A DNA stretch of 64,000 nt from Sphingobacteriales bacterium (GCA_027483645.1 JAIXUD010000017.1:19083-83082), one strand, 5' to 3'; shown: positions 40,593 through 49,862, counted from the stretch's first letter. Program-made: numbers and translations. The notes: a model not told the origin generated them from the letters alone.

Positions 40593-41100
40593 GGGTACGA
40601 ATCCAGAAGTCGGCACGCAAGGGCGCCACTTGGTCGAAACCAATGCCGTACACACTTTCACTCACCTTTAAGATGGGTGACTTGGTAAGAATGGCAACCT
40701 GCTCGGGGGTGAGGAATATGGAAGCCCCAATCATGTAATTGGCATAGCGCACCCGCTGGGCACCGCTACCTTCTTTAAACTCTTCTAGCTTAAGGGTAAG
40801 GGTGGTGCTATCCTTAAACATGAAGGTAAGCATCAAGGGTTTTTTAGGATCGAATTTTTGCTTCTCCTCCAAAGCATAAGGGTGGATATTCCAATCAACG
40901 ATAGCCTGTATGTAGCCGTTCCGGTTCTGTACATATATGCCCAGCGTACGGTTGGGGATGGTGTAGATAATCTCCTTCTTGGTAGACTTTACAAACTCAT
41001 CTTTAATACTCTTGTGGATGAGCAAGTTACAGTCTTCGTTTTGGGCATTTAGCCCCAAAGAGGCCAATGTTAAGAGGGCAATGATGGGTAGGTATTTCAT
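40573..41100 (-). CDS. Secreted hypothetical protein (antisense insert)
   Basis: Signal peptide MKYLPIIALLTLASLGLNA; own TAACTTTG box at 41108-41115. Confidence 0.75.
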   Translation of the reverse strand: MKYLPIIALLTLASLGLNAQNEDCNLLIHKSIKDEFVKSTKKEIIYTIPNRTLGIYVQNRNGYIQAIVDWNIHPYALEEKQKFDPKKPLMLTFMFKDSTTLTLKLEEFKEGSGAQRVRYANYMIGASIFLTPEQVAILTKSPILKVSESVYGIGFDQVAPLRADFWIRTLKCVER

Positions 41101-41119
41101 GTTGGTGCAAAGTTAGTGT

Positions 41120-41280
41120 ATTAGACACAAGATTTTAGAAATGTCATCCTGAGCGTAGTCGAAGGACGCAAGACACAAGACTGCTTCAATTTATGCAGTG
41201 TATGTAATAACCATGCCAATATTTAGGGGCCACTCCCATTTTCAAATTTTCAAATTCCCTCATTTTCAAATTTTCATACG
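41120..41280 (+). repeat. Composite intergenic module, copy B, with embedded REP-like GTCATCCTGAGCGTAGTCGAAGGA
   Basis: ATTAGACACAAG, insert at 41143-41166, CAAGACACAAGACTGCTTCAAT (ends 41190), TTTTCAAAT array. Confidence 0.8.
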
Positions 41281-42360
41281 ATGGATCATCCGCAATCAAC
41301 TAAGAGTTGGTACAACATTAAAAGTAGCTTGTCCGATACCGGGCTTATTGAAGTGTACATTGATAACGAAATAGGTGAGTTCGGTATTACGGCGCGCCAG
41401 TTTCTCAACGAGATAAAGCCGCATGCCGGCAAGCCCGTGCGCCTGCACATCAACAGCCCAGGCGGTAGCTTGATAGATGCATTTGCCATTTACGATTTCG
41501 TAAAACTGCAAGGCTATCACCTCAGCGCCTACATCAGCGGCATTGCCGCCAGTGCCGCAACCGTGGTGGCCGCCGCCGCTAAGGAGAGCTTCATTGGCGA
41601 GCACAGCTACTTTTTCATCCACAACCCATACTACGCTGGCGGCAGCCACGCCAAAGGCGTGGGGATGCAAGGCGACTTGGACAAGATGAAGAACGACCTA
41701 CTGGACATTTACCAGCGTAAAACAGGCCTCGACAAAAACCGCATCAGCGCCATGATGGATGCCGAAACCCTACTGAGTGCTGAAGAGGCACTTGAGATGG
41801 GCTTTGTGGATGGTATAGTGCGCGAAATGCAAGTAGCTGCCCTGATGCTAGATGAGAGCTTGAAGCGAATACCCGATGCTGCCGTGGCCAACCGTCTAGC
41901 CTTTCGCCTTGGGCTGGGCCAAGTGCAGCCACAAAACTCCACCAAACTGATTGATAAAGCCGTGGAGGCCATTGGTAGGCTGGAGCAAGGTATTAAGCAC
42001 CGCCTATATCCGCAAAACAGTATTCAACCCAATATTTCTAAACAATCCAAACCCAAACCAAAAATGGAGAACATCCAAGCATTGGAGCAGAAGCTGGAGG
42101 AGCTAATCCAACAGCTTAACGAACTGCTCGCACAGTTGGCAGGCGACGAGAAAGCCCCCGCCAAAGAAACCCCCAAGCCCGCCCCTGGCAAAGAGGAGCC
42201 ACAAAAAACGGTGGAGAACCTGGAGCGCGAACTACAGCGCCTAAAAGCCCGCCGCATTGATACCGGCAACCCTGGTGCCGATGCCGACCCTAACCGCAAC
42301 GAACGTGGCAAGAAAAACGGCTGGAACTATGTAAGCACCTATTTGCAGAACCGCTTTTAA
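41281..42360 (+). CDS. ClpP-type prohead protease with C-terminal scaffold-like region
   Basis: INSPGGS, GIAASAAT (Ser), FFIHNP (His), ET.LSAEEALEMGFVD; coiled-coil tail. Confidence 0.9.
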   Translation: MDHPQSTKSWYNIKSSLSDTGLIEVYIDNEIGEFGITARQFLNEIKPHAGKPVRLHINSPGGSLIDAFAIYDFVKLQGYHLSAYISGIAASAATVVAAAAKESFIGEHSYFFIHNPYYAGGSHAKGVGMQGDLDKMKNDLLDIYQRKTGLDKNRISAMMDAETLLSAEEALEMGFVDGIVREMQVAALMLDESLKRIPDAAVANRLAFRLGLGQVQPQNSTKLIDKAVEAIGRLEQGIKHRLYPQNSIQPNISKQSKPKPKMENIQALEQKLEELIQQLNELLAQLAGDEKAPAKETPKPAPGKEEPQKTVENLERELQRLKARRIDTGNPGADADPNRNERGKKNGWNYVSTYLQNRF

Positions 42361-42362
42361 TC

Positions 42363-42474
42363 ATTAGACACAAGAAGCAAGACACAAGACTGCTTCAATT
42401 GCTGATGTACACAATTGGTACATCAATCATCATTTTCAAATTTTCAAATCATCAAATTTTCAAATTAACACACT
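42363..42474 (+). repeat. Composite intergenic module, copy C
   Basis: ATTAGACACAAGAAGCAAGACACAAGACTGCTTCAAT, TTGGTACATC (42415), TTTTCAAAT x3. Confidence 0.85.
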
Positions 42475-43428
42475 ATGGCCAACGCTATTAGTATTGTGGA
42501 GACTTGGAGCACGGAGCACGTGGCCGAGATTTTCCTGAAACCGGTTTTTACAGCCGAAAACATTATTGACACCTATGGGGTAGACCCAACCGTAAACCGC
42601 TCTAAAACCATTGTTTTGGCCGAAGAGCTAAAACGCATCATCCAGAAAAAGGAAACGTGTGGTTTTAACCCTATCGGTGCTTTTGCTTTGGGCGAAAAAA
42701 CCATCCGCACCGAGCCTTGCGCCGTGAACATGGAACAGTGTGCCACCGCTTTTTACGAAACGGTTTTCAAACAAAACCTGAAACGCGGCAGCGACATTTA
42801 CGACCTGAGTGGTACCGTGTTGGAAAAAGCCATGGTAGATCGTGTAACCAGCGCCATAAGCAACGACATTTTTGAGCTTTGCTGGTTTGGTAACACCGCA
42901 CATGCCACTACCTTCTTCAAAACGTTTGATGGTTGGTTTAAGCTGCTAGAAAATGGCAGCTGCCCGAAAATCACCATTAGCACCACGGGCAATTTGGCAT
43001 CTGATGAGGCCATTGATATACTGCGCGATATGTACAAAGCATCAAATGCGCTGCGTGCCGTAAAGCCCAAGGACAAGGTTTTCTTGGTAACCGACAGCCT
43101 ATTTAGCAACCTAATGGAGACCTTCGAAAACATGGATACCGATACCGGCCTTGCCCGCTTAGCCGATGGCGGACCGCTTACCTTCCGTGGCATACCGGTG
43201 GAGAGCCAACTGGCTTGGGATACCTCTATTGCCGGACAAACCTTGCCCGATCCGCACAGGGCGGTTTACACCAAAAAAGAGAACCTCATCATCGGTACCG
43301 ATGTAAAAAACCCAGGCAGCGATGCCAAGTTGTTCTTGGATGAGTTGACCGAGAAGTTCTACTTCAAAGCCAACTTCGATCTAGGCGTGCAGTACTTGTT
43401 TGATGAGTACGTGGTGTATGCGCGATAG
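42475..43428 (+). CDS. Major capsid protein (HK97-like, predicted)
   Basis: 317 aa directly after the protease; CGF.P.G, EQC, WFG, FDGWFK, FRGIPV, NLIIGTD motifs resemble Bacteroidota phage capsids. Confidence 0.8.
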   Translation: MANAISIVETWSTEHVAEIFLKPVFTAENIIDTYGVDPTVNRSKTIVLAEELKRIIQKKETCGFNPIGAFALGEKTIRTEPCAVNMEQCATAFYETVFKQNLKRGSDIYDLSGTVLEKAMVDRVTSAISNDIFELCWFGNTAHATTFFKTFDGWFKLLENGSCPKITISTTGNLASDEAIDILRDMYKASNALRAVKPKDKVFLVTDSLFSNLMETFENMDTDTGLARLADGGPLTFRGIPVESQLAWDTSIAGQTLPDPHRAVYTKKENLIIGTDVKNPGSDAKLFLDELTEKFYFKANFDLGVQYLFDEYVVYAR

Positions 43429-43431
43429 TAT

Positions 43432-43578
43432 TTAGACACAAGTATCAAGACACAAGACACAAGACTGCTTCAATATACCGATGTGCCGATGTATCACCAA
43501 TCGCACTTTAAATAATTGGTACATCAGCACATCGGTACATTGGTACATTAATTTTCAAATCTTCAAATCAACAACATT
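43432..43578 (+). repeat. Composite intergenic module, copy D
   Basis: TTAGACACAAGTATCAAGACACAAGACACAAGACTGCTTCAAT, inverted GATGTGCC/GGTACATC octamers, TTTTCAAAT. Confidence 0.85.
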
Positions 43579-44151
43579 ATGTCTTTTTTAACCCAAGGAT
43601 TCGCACTTACGTGCGATGACAACAGTACCATTGGTGGTATCCGGCGACTATTTTTAATTAACCGCGACTCCGTGGAGACCTTTTTGGCTTCTACAGTTGA
43701 CCATTCTTACACGGATGTAACGGTAGCAGACACGGCCGACGTTGCTAGCCAGTGGCACCAGTTTGAGTTTGCCGATTATAGCCTCAACGCGACTTTCGAA
43801 AACTCGCTGGAGGATAACGGCACCAACTTCGTTTCGTACACCGTTACCGGCTTTATTCCGCGCCAAGAGAAGGAGAAAGCCGACCGCTTGCAGAAGGCCA
43901 TCAAATCGTGCAAACTGATTGCAATTGCCGAAAACAACCAAGGCCAAGCATTTGTGTACGGTTACGATGAGCGCCTGAAAACCAGTGCTGCCCTGCGTGC
44001 CGGTGTAAATGGCGAAACCGGTAGCGACCTTGCCGACCGCAATGGCTATGAGTTCCGCCTCGAAGGTCGCGGTAGCGACATACCCCGCCAGTATGTGGGC
44101 ACCATTGTAGCGAGTGCAGGTGCCGGAACTGCTACCATTACGTTTAGCTAA
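43579..44151 (+). CDS. Putative major tail tube protein
   Basis: LTQG...C....GGIRRLF, ENNQG..FVYG, TG..LADRNGYEF.LEG; follows the capsid gene. Confidence 0.7.
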   Translation: MSFLTQGFALTCDDNSTIGGIRRLFLINRDSVETFLASTVDHSYTDVTVADTADVASQWHQFEFADYSLNATFENSLEDNGTNFVSYTVTGFIPRQEKEKADRLQKAIKSCKLIAIAENNQGQAFVYGYDERLKTSAALRAGVNGETGSDLADRNGYEFRLEGRGSDIPRQYVGTIVASAGAGTATITFS

Positions 44152-44156
44152 ACTCA

Positions 44157-44293
44157 GTTACGAGTTACGAGTTGCGGGTTACGAGTTGTAGTTAAACGGA
44201 TCAAAGATAAAAATGAGTATCTCTGGACGCAATACTTACTTGCCTCAACATCCACATAATGCAACTGGCAACCCGTAACTCGCAACCCGCAAC
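44157..44293. repeat. Inverted heptamer arrays (GTTACGA ... CCGTAAC/TCGCAAC)
   Basis: Left arm 44157-44188, right arm 44261-44293. Confidence 0.85.
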
Positions 44294-44323
44294 ATTTTTT
44301 ACCCTAAAATTCCCTTTACCTCA

Positions 44324-45601
44324 ATGCAAACCCCCGCCGATAACACACACGAACCCAAAAAACCCGGCCAAATAATCGGTTACCAAGTGCTTAACCCCAA
44401 ACGGCCTATGAAACCGCTGGAAAGTGCGGTGCCCGACATCCGCACCCCGTGGATACCTTTTTTTGACGATAGCAACAACCTGTTTATCAACCAACTGGTA
44501 CACCACTACGAAAACAGCAGCACACACCGCACCGCCATCAACACCAAGCTGGTATACACCGTAGGCGATGGCTTAATGGTGAACCGTAAGGATGGGCAGC
44601 CCTACCAAAAAGACAACAAACTAGAGCATTGGCTGGCAGAGGTGAACGCAGAGGGCGAGAGCTTACAGGAGCTGTTTGAGCGTTGGGCGCTGGATTATAT
44701 ACTTACCGGCAACTTCGCCATTGAAACTGCCGAAGAAGGCCGCAGGCTAAACCTATACCACCGCGATGTAACGGAGGTTCGCTTGGGGAAACCCACTGGC
44801 CCGTCAATTAAAAAAGCATACCTAAGCCAACATTGGAGCCAAGCACTCACTGGCCACAACCCTGGCAACAAGTATGAGGTTAAGGAGATACCCATATTCC
44901 AGTTTGATGATGCACAAGAACATGCCTTGCTTTACGTGCGCGACTACCGCACTGGCCGCCGCTTCTACGGCCTGCCAGATTACTTTACCCTTGGTGGCAT
45001 GAAGTGGGTAACTATTGAGTATAAAATACCGGCCTTCAACCTAGATAGGATGGAGAACAAGTTTGTGCCATCGGGCTTGCTTACCCTATTCGGCGAGCCA
45101 CCCAAAGGGCAAAAAACTGATGAATACCTCAATAACTTTGTGAAGAGCTTTACTGGCGAAGGAAACAACAGTAAACTGATTGCCCAGATAGTGAGCAACG
45201 AGAGCCAAGCGCCAAACTATGTACAACTGAACGACGAACCGGAGGGCATCTTCCGCGAGTTGCAAGACCTGGCCGTGCAGAACCTACTGCGTGCTCATCG
45301 CACCCACCCAGCCCTACTAGTTGAAACCAGCGGCAAACTAAGCAGCAGCAGCGAAATACGTACCCTGTTTGAAATATACATGAACACGGTAATCGTAAAC
45401 TATCAAAACACGCTGTTGAAGCCGCTCAACAAGCTATTGGCTTACGCCGGTTTCGGCGAATATGAACTAGCGGTAAGTAATGTAGTGCCTGTAAGCTTCA
45501 TCGGTAGTGTGGATGTAAACGCCGTAATACAAGCCAACGAAGCCCGCAAAGAGCTGGGGCTGGAGGCGTTGCAGGAGTTGGAGGGTAGGAGTGTGAAATA
45601 G
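44324..45601 (+). CDS. Portal protein
   Basis: WIPF..D.N, SSTHRTAINTK..Y.VGDG, FYGLPDY, F.PSG, FTGEGN, ..RAHR, Q..LL..LN. Confidence 0.8.
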   Translation: MQTPADNTHEPKKPGQIIGYQVLNPKRPMKPLESAVPDIRTPWIPFFDDSNNLFINQLVHHYENSSTHRTAINTKLVYTVGDGLMVNRKDGQPYQKDNKLEHWLAEVNAEGESLQELFERWALDYILTGNFAIETAEEGRRLNLYHRDVTEVRLGKPTGPSIKKAYLSQHWSQALTGHNPGNKYEVKEIPIFQFDDAQEHALLYVRDYRTGRRFYGLPDYFTLGGMKWVTIEYKIPAFNLDRMENKFVPSGLLTLFGEPPKGQKTDEYLNNFVKSFTGEGNNSKLIAQIVSNESQAPNYVQLNDEPEGIFRELQDLAVQNLLRAHRTHPALLVETSGKLSSSSEIRTLFEIYMNTVIVNYQNTLLKPLNKLLAYAGFGEYELAVSNVVPVSFIGSVDVNAVIQANEARKELGLEALQELEGRSVK

Positions 45602-45628
45602 ATTATCTGAATTTGGATTCGTCAGATT
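45602..45628 (+). repeat. 27-bp direct repeat, copy 1
   Basis: ATTATCTGAATTTGGATTCGTCAGATT; one mismatch to the copy at 46253-46279. Confidence 0.85.
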
Positions 45629-45776
45629 CTTGGATTTTTAGTATTAATATGAAATTTTAAAACTGCTTGGATGAATTCGTTTTTAGTATTTTTTTAATCC
45701 TAGTGAATCGCTACAATCCAATATACTTTTCTTACGCTTAAGCGTAATCCAAATCATCTTTTCAAATTAGTCACCT

Positions 45777-46253
45777 ATGCCCCTTATCACCCCACAGGAA
45801 GTGATCAACCTTGCTATTCCTGGCAAAAACCTCGATACGGCCCTAGTGGCCGAAAGCATCCCCATCGCTTCGCTTAAGTACATCAAACCCGTTGTCGGGG
45901 CCTCGCTGTACAGCTTGCTGACAGCCGAATCGGTAGGTAATACGTTTACCGGTCTCAACCAAAGCCTTTGCAACGATTACCTTAAAGATGCCTTGGCGCG
46001 CTATGTGCTATATGAAGCCTTACCGCTCATGAAGGCGGAGATTACCTCCAACGGTATTCAAACACCCGCCATCGATTTCCATGTGCCGGTTAACGATACC
46101 GACTTCGGCATGTTGCGCAACAAGCTGCTAAGCGATGCCGAACTGCTGGCCCGCGAAATGACGGATTACCTAAAGCGCAACCGCGCCTCCTTCCCCGATT
46201 ATCCCAATTGCCCAGATGACAGCTCGCACAGCAGCTTGCCGTTTCTTTATTAA
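45777..46253 (+). CDS. Putative head-tail adaptor/connector
   Basis: LITPQEV, YIKPVVG..LY, YLKDAL, I...GI, DYLK.N...FPDY; immediately after the portal. Confidence 0.6.
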   Translation: MPLITPQEVINLAIPGKNLDTALVAESIPIASLKYIKPVVGASLYSLLTAESVGNTFTGLNQSLCNDYLKDALARYVLYEALPLMKAEITSNGIQTPAIDFHVPVNDTDFGMLRNKLLSDAELLAREMTDYLKRNRASFPDYPNCPDDSSHSSLPFLY

Positions 46254-46367
46254 TTATCTGAATTTGGATCCGTCAGATTGAAGGATTATTCGGATGAAGA
46301 TATCCTGTACTAACGCAATCCATAATCTTACAACACTTCGCAATCCTATTAATCCTTCAATCTGACG
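46253..46367. repeat. 27-bp direct repeat, copy 2, overlapping an 18-bp perfect inverted repeat
   Basis: CGTCAGATTGAAGGATTA (46271-46288) / TAATCCTTCAATCTGACG (46350-46367). Confidence 0.85.
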
Positions 46368-46400
46368 CACTTTATCATGCGCCAGCATAATCCCAATCCT

Positions 46401-49061
46401 ATGCCAACTTTCTCCAATGTACATGCCGAGCTTGACAACCATGAACTGCACCCGCCGAGGGATTTTAGCTTGGCGGATAATGATACCTTTTTAGCCAAAA
46501 ACCCCTTGGGAGATATTGAATGGTTTGATACCTACTGGCAGCGACCCATTTTGGATTTTGCCAATGCCGCCCTACCACCCCTCACCCTTACCCATGGTGA
46601 TAGATATATTCTATCAGGTTACCCATCCGATATGGACACGTCTATCGACTATTCCATCGACGGTTCTATTGACATGGATACCAGCATGGATAGCACCGCT
46701 ATTAGCACCGACCCTACCGACGGTGGTTATGTGCACCCCACCTGGGGCGATGCCAAAATTGGCGATATAGTGGAGTACTACCGCTTGGACAATAAAAGCC
46801 AGCCAGTGTATGATTGGCGAGCAGTTGCCCCACAAACGGGCTACCAAGTGTTTAACCTGGTCGATCAAGCTATCTATCATTATAGCAGCAACAATTGGAA
46901 AAAACTCGATGATGCGGGTGCAGTGCAGTTTACTGCTACCCATGCCGCCCTTTTGGCATTATCAACCTCGGGCCAACTTACACCAGGGGCAAGATACTTG
47001 CTTGCCGAAAGGAATATTATACTCACTGCGGTATCAACATCCGCGCTTAGTATTGAGGGAGATTACACGTGTGCGCTACCAGCGCATGGCTACATCGAAT
47101 TGGTGGCAGGAGCTGCGGGTAGCGTAGATTCTATTATTATCAATGGGCAAGAACTGCTGTCGGTGCCTATTGCTTTCGATACCGATCTGCTCCAAACGGC
47201 AGCAAGCGTTGCCGATGCCATAGCCACGGCAACCAACAACCAACACTACCGCACTGTATCAATAGGCAAACGTATTTACATAGCCTACATTAATCCATTA
47301 GGCGCCCTGTACAATGGTGTTGCCATTGAGGTGCTGGCCACAGGCATCACTGCCCAAAGCCATCCATTTGCCAATGGCCGAGATGTGGGTGAGTACTGGT
47401 TTAAAGTGAAGTATAACCTTGACGATGATTGGATAGCCGAAATGGCTGACAACCAAGGTAACGTGGTGCGCTGCACACAATCGGTGGTTGATCATTTTGG
47501 TATTAACCCTTACGACCTCTTTCCATGGGCATACCCAAATGTGTTTGGCAACCTTGTGGAAGACGCTATGTTTATAGGTTTCCCAAGTGGCGAGGTGAGC
47601 CACAACCAATTTTATGACAAGAGCATTGTTACCCTAAACTTACCCACCAATGGCATTTTCAAACAAAATGTGTTTCAGCAGCAATCCATATTACTGCTGA
47701 GTAGTGTTGGTGGTCAATTTGCAAAGAACACGCTTTACTTCACCTTTATGGACTTCGACAGCCAAAGCCTTAGTGACATACTTGACAATGCTATGTCGAC
47801 ATGTACTATGGTAGGCCGGAGCATTACAACAGGAACAATAGGTGGAAATACGTTTGCAAATACCAGCATAGAGCTAAATGGTGCTAATGCCGTATCGCTT
47901 TCGCTGAACCAAATAAGCTCTAGCGATTTGTTTTTTAACAACGCGCAACTGCAATTTTCCAATAACCAAATGCTAAATGTTACGGTTAACGGTAACAATG
48001 CGCATTTTGAAATGAACGAAAACATTTGCAAAAACTGCCTGATAGATATTACTAATGCTGATAACAACTACCGCGTAACAGGTAATACCATTACCGATAA
48101 TGCGGTGTTGACCCTTCAGGGTGCAGAAGGCAGCTTTAACTACAACCTAGTAGGCCCTACCTTGCTGCAAGGCAATAACAGCCAGACCGATTTTACCAAC
48201 AATACCCTTAAACACTATTGCACCCTCAACCTTACCAATTATGAGGGCACGTCGTTCAATGAAAACCAGATAGATGGCTCCGATATCAACTTCTCCTCTT
48301 CCAACGGCAGTTTTAGTAGAAATACGGTACACCATAGCAATGTGAATCTTTACCAGCACAACAACGACTGCGTGCAGAACGAGTTTTGGTTTGCCGACAT
48401 CACTAGTGAAAACTCCAATAGCCACATCAACAACAACCGCATCGACCGGAGCACGGTAAAGCTAAGCAATACCAACGCCGAGTTCTCCGGCAACGTAGCC
48501 ACCTATTACTCTACGTATGATTTGGATGAGTTTTTGGGAGGGAGGTTTACCTTAAATAAAATAGATAATGGTTCCGAACTTCTGACGAAAGGAAGTACAG
48601 TGGATTATGGAGGTATAGTTGTTCAAGAAGACACAATATTAGATGTGAGATACCGATCAACACTACTCTATGATTGCCAATTTGCACTTCCCGTTGGCAC
48701 AATTAGGCTTCTACAATCACATGTTTCAGGGCGCTACTACAAAGGAAGCAGCAATTTAGAAGCAGAGGTCACCATTGATTCAAGTGGAGTGCTAGATTTG
48801 GGTATTCTTGATGCCGCTTTTTCAGGGATACTATGGATTAATAATACTGCAACTTTAAATGAGATCAGAAGTACTACTCACTCTCCTGGTACAATTATCT
48901 TACGTCCAAAGGTTGGACAAACCTTAACGCTCAATGCTTCCAGCATCAATTATAAATTTGCTTCTGGCATTGTCAGTCAACCCATAGATGGAAGTTTGGG
49001 AGGCTTTACAGTTATGCGTAACATTAATCCATTAGTGATAACTGAACTCTTTGCTGGATAA
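46401..49061 (+). CDS. Spike/fibre protein: DUF2793-like N-terminal domain plus Asn-rich beta-helix
   Basis: PP...GDRYIL...W......IVEY...W...P..GYQVF...YHY...W pattern; long run of about 22-aa N-rich repeats. ATG 46401 preferred. Confidence 0.6.
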   Translation: MPTFSNVHAELDNHELHPPRDFSLADNDTFLAKNPLGDIEWFDTYWQRPILDFANAALPPLTLTHGDRYILSGYPSDMDTSIDYSIDGSIDMDTSMDSTAISTDPTDGGYVHPTWGDAKIGDIVEYYRLDNKSQPVYDWRAVAPQTGYQVFNLVDQAIYHYSSNNWKKLDDAGAVQFTATHAALLALSTSGQLTPGARYLLAERNIILTAVSTSALSIEGDYTCALPAHGYIELVAGAAGSVDSIIINGQELLSVPIAFDTDLLQTAASVADAIATATNNQHYRTVSIGKRIYIAYINPLGALYNGVAIEVLATGITAQSHPFANGRDVGEYWFKVKYNLDDDWIAEMADNQGNVVRCTQSVVDHFGINPYDLFPWAYPNVFGNLVEDAMFIGFPSGEVSHNQFYDKSIVTLNLPTNGIFKQNVFQQQSILLLSSVGGQFAKNTLYFTFMDFDSQSLSDILDNAMSTCTMVGRSITTGTIGGNTFANTSIELNGANAVSLSLNQISSSDLFFNNAQLQFSNNQMLNVTVNGNNAHFEMNENICKNCLIDITNADNNYRVTGNTITDNAVLTLQGAEGSFNYNLVGPTLLQGNNSQTDFTNNTLKHYCTLNLTNYEGTSFNENQIDGSDINFSSSNGSFSRNTVHHSNVNLYQHNNDCVQNEFWFADITSENSNSHINNNRIDRSTVKLSNTNAEFSGNVATYYSTYDLDEFLGGRFTLNKIDNGSELLTKGSTVDYGGIVVQEDTILDVRYRSTLLYDCQFALPVGTIRLLQSHVSGRYYKGSSNLEAEVTIDSSGVLDLGILDAAFSGILWINNTATLNEIRSTTHSPGTIILRPKVGQTLTLNASSINYKFASGIVSQPIDGSLGGFTVMRNINPLVITELFAG

Positions 49062-49096
49062 TCCAACTTCTTCACCCCCTAACCCACAAAACCTTT

Positions 49097-49291
49097 ATGC
49101 ACAAGTTCAGTTTATTTCTCCGGGAGCACCCGGGGTGGGGGATGTTTTCGTCTGTTGGTGGGGCGCTACAGGCCCTTATCGAAACTTCCACGCCCATTTT
49201 GCAATACTTGGCGCTGGTCATTGGCGTGGGTATTGGCTTGCTTACCCTACTTGCCAAAATCAAAGAGTTGCGCAACAACGGCAACTTGTAA
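49097..49291 (+). CDS. Small holin-like membrane protein
   Basis: 64 aa, 1-2 TM, basic C-terminus, next to the 3TM holin. Confidence 0.55.
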   Translation: MHKFSLFLREHPGWGMFSSVGGALQALIETSTPILQYLALVIGVGIGLLTLLAKIKELRNNGNL

Positions 49292-49353
49292 AACCTTGCT
49301 TTAGCAAGAGCAAACTCGCAACTCGTAACTCGTAACCACAAACCCACATCCCT

Positions 49354-49821
49354 ATGTCAATGATACCCAAAATGATTGTTGGGGCTGCTACCGAATTGGT
49401 AGAGGCCACCGGCAACGCGCTCGACAACCTGATTACCAACCCGGAAGAACGCCTAAAAGCACGGGAAGAAATTTCCAACGCCATAATGGGCAAGCTCAAT
49501 GAGCTGGCCAGCTACCAGCGCGACATACTAAATACGGAGCTGCAAGGCACCAAGCTGCAGCGCAATTGGCGGCCGTTGGTAATGCTCGCCTTTGCCTTTA
49601 TCATTGTGTACCACTATTTCCTGCAACCACTCCTAGGCCATTGGCTCGATGTTCCCGCCATTCCATTGCCCGACCGGTTTTGGGGTCTGCTGGAGCTTGG
49701 CCTTGGCGGCTATGTAATAGGCCGCTCTATTGAAAAGGTGGCAACCACGGTTACTGAAAACATGGAGTTGCCCAGGGTAACTAGAAGAATGAGAAGGCGA
49801 CAGGAAAAAGGGAAGGAGTAG
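49354..49821 (+). CDS. 3TM holin (GTA_holin_3TM-like)
   Basis: T..EERLKA, RNWRPL..L, LGLGGYVIGRSIEK, highly basic tail. Confidence 0.85.
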   Translation: MSMIPKMIVGAATELVEATGNALDNLITNPEERLKAREEISNAIMGKLNELASYQRDILNTELQGTKLQRNWRPLVMLAFAFIIVYHYFLQPLLGHWLDVPAIPLPDRFWGLLELGLGGYVIGRSIEKVATTVTENMELPRVTRRMRRRQEKGKE

Positions 49822-49862
49822 GAGAAAAGAAGGGAAAGAGTAAGAGAGGGAGAAAGAGTCTC

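Noticed and set aside
32379-46367. Recurrent intergenic repeats as a CRISPR array
   Set aside because: Copies are degenerate and separated by whole genes rather than 30-40-nt spacers; no cas genes.
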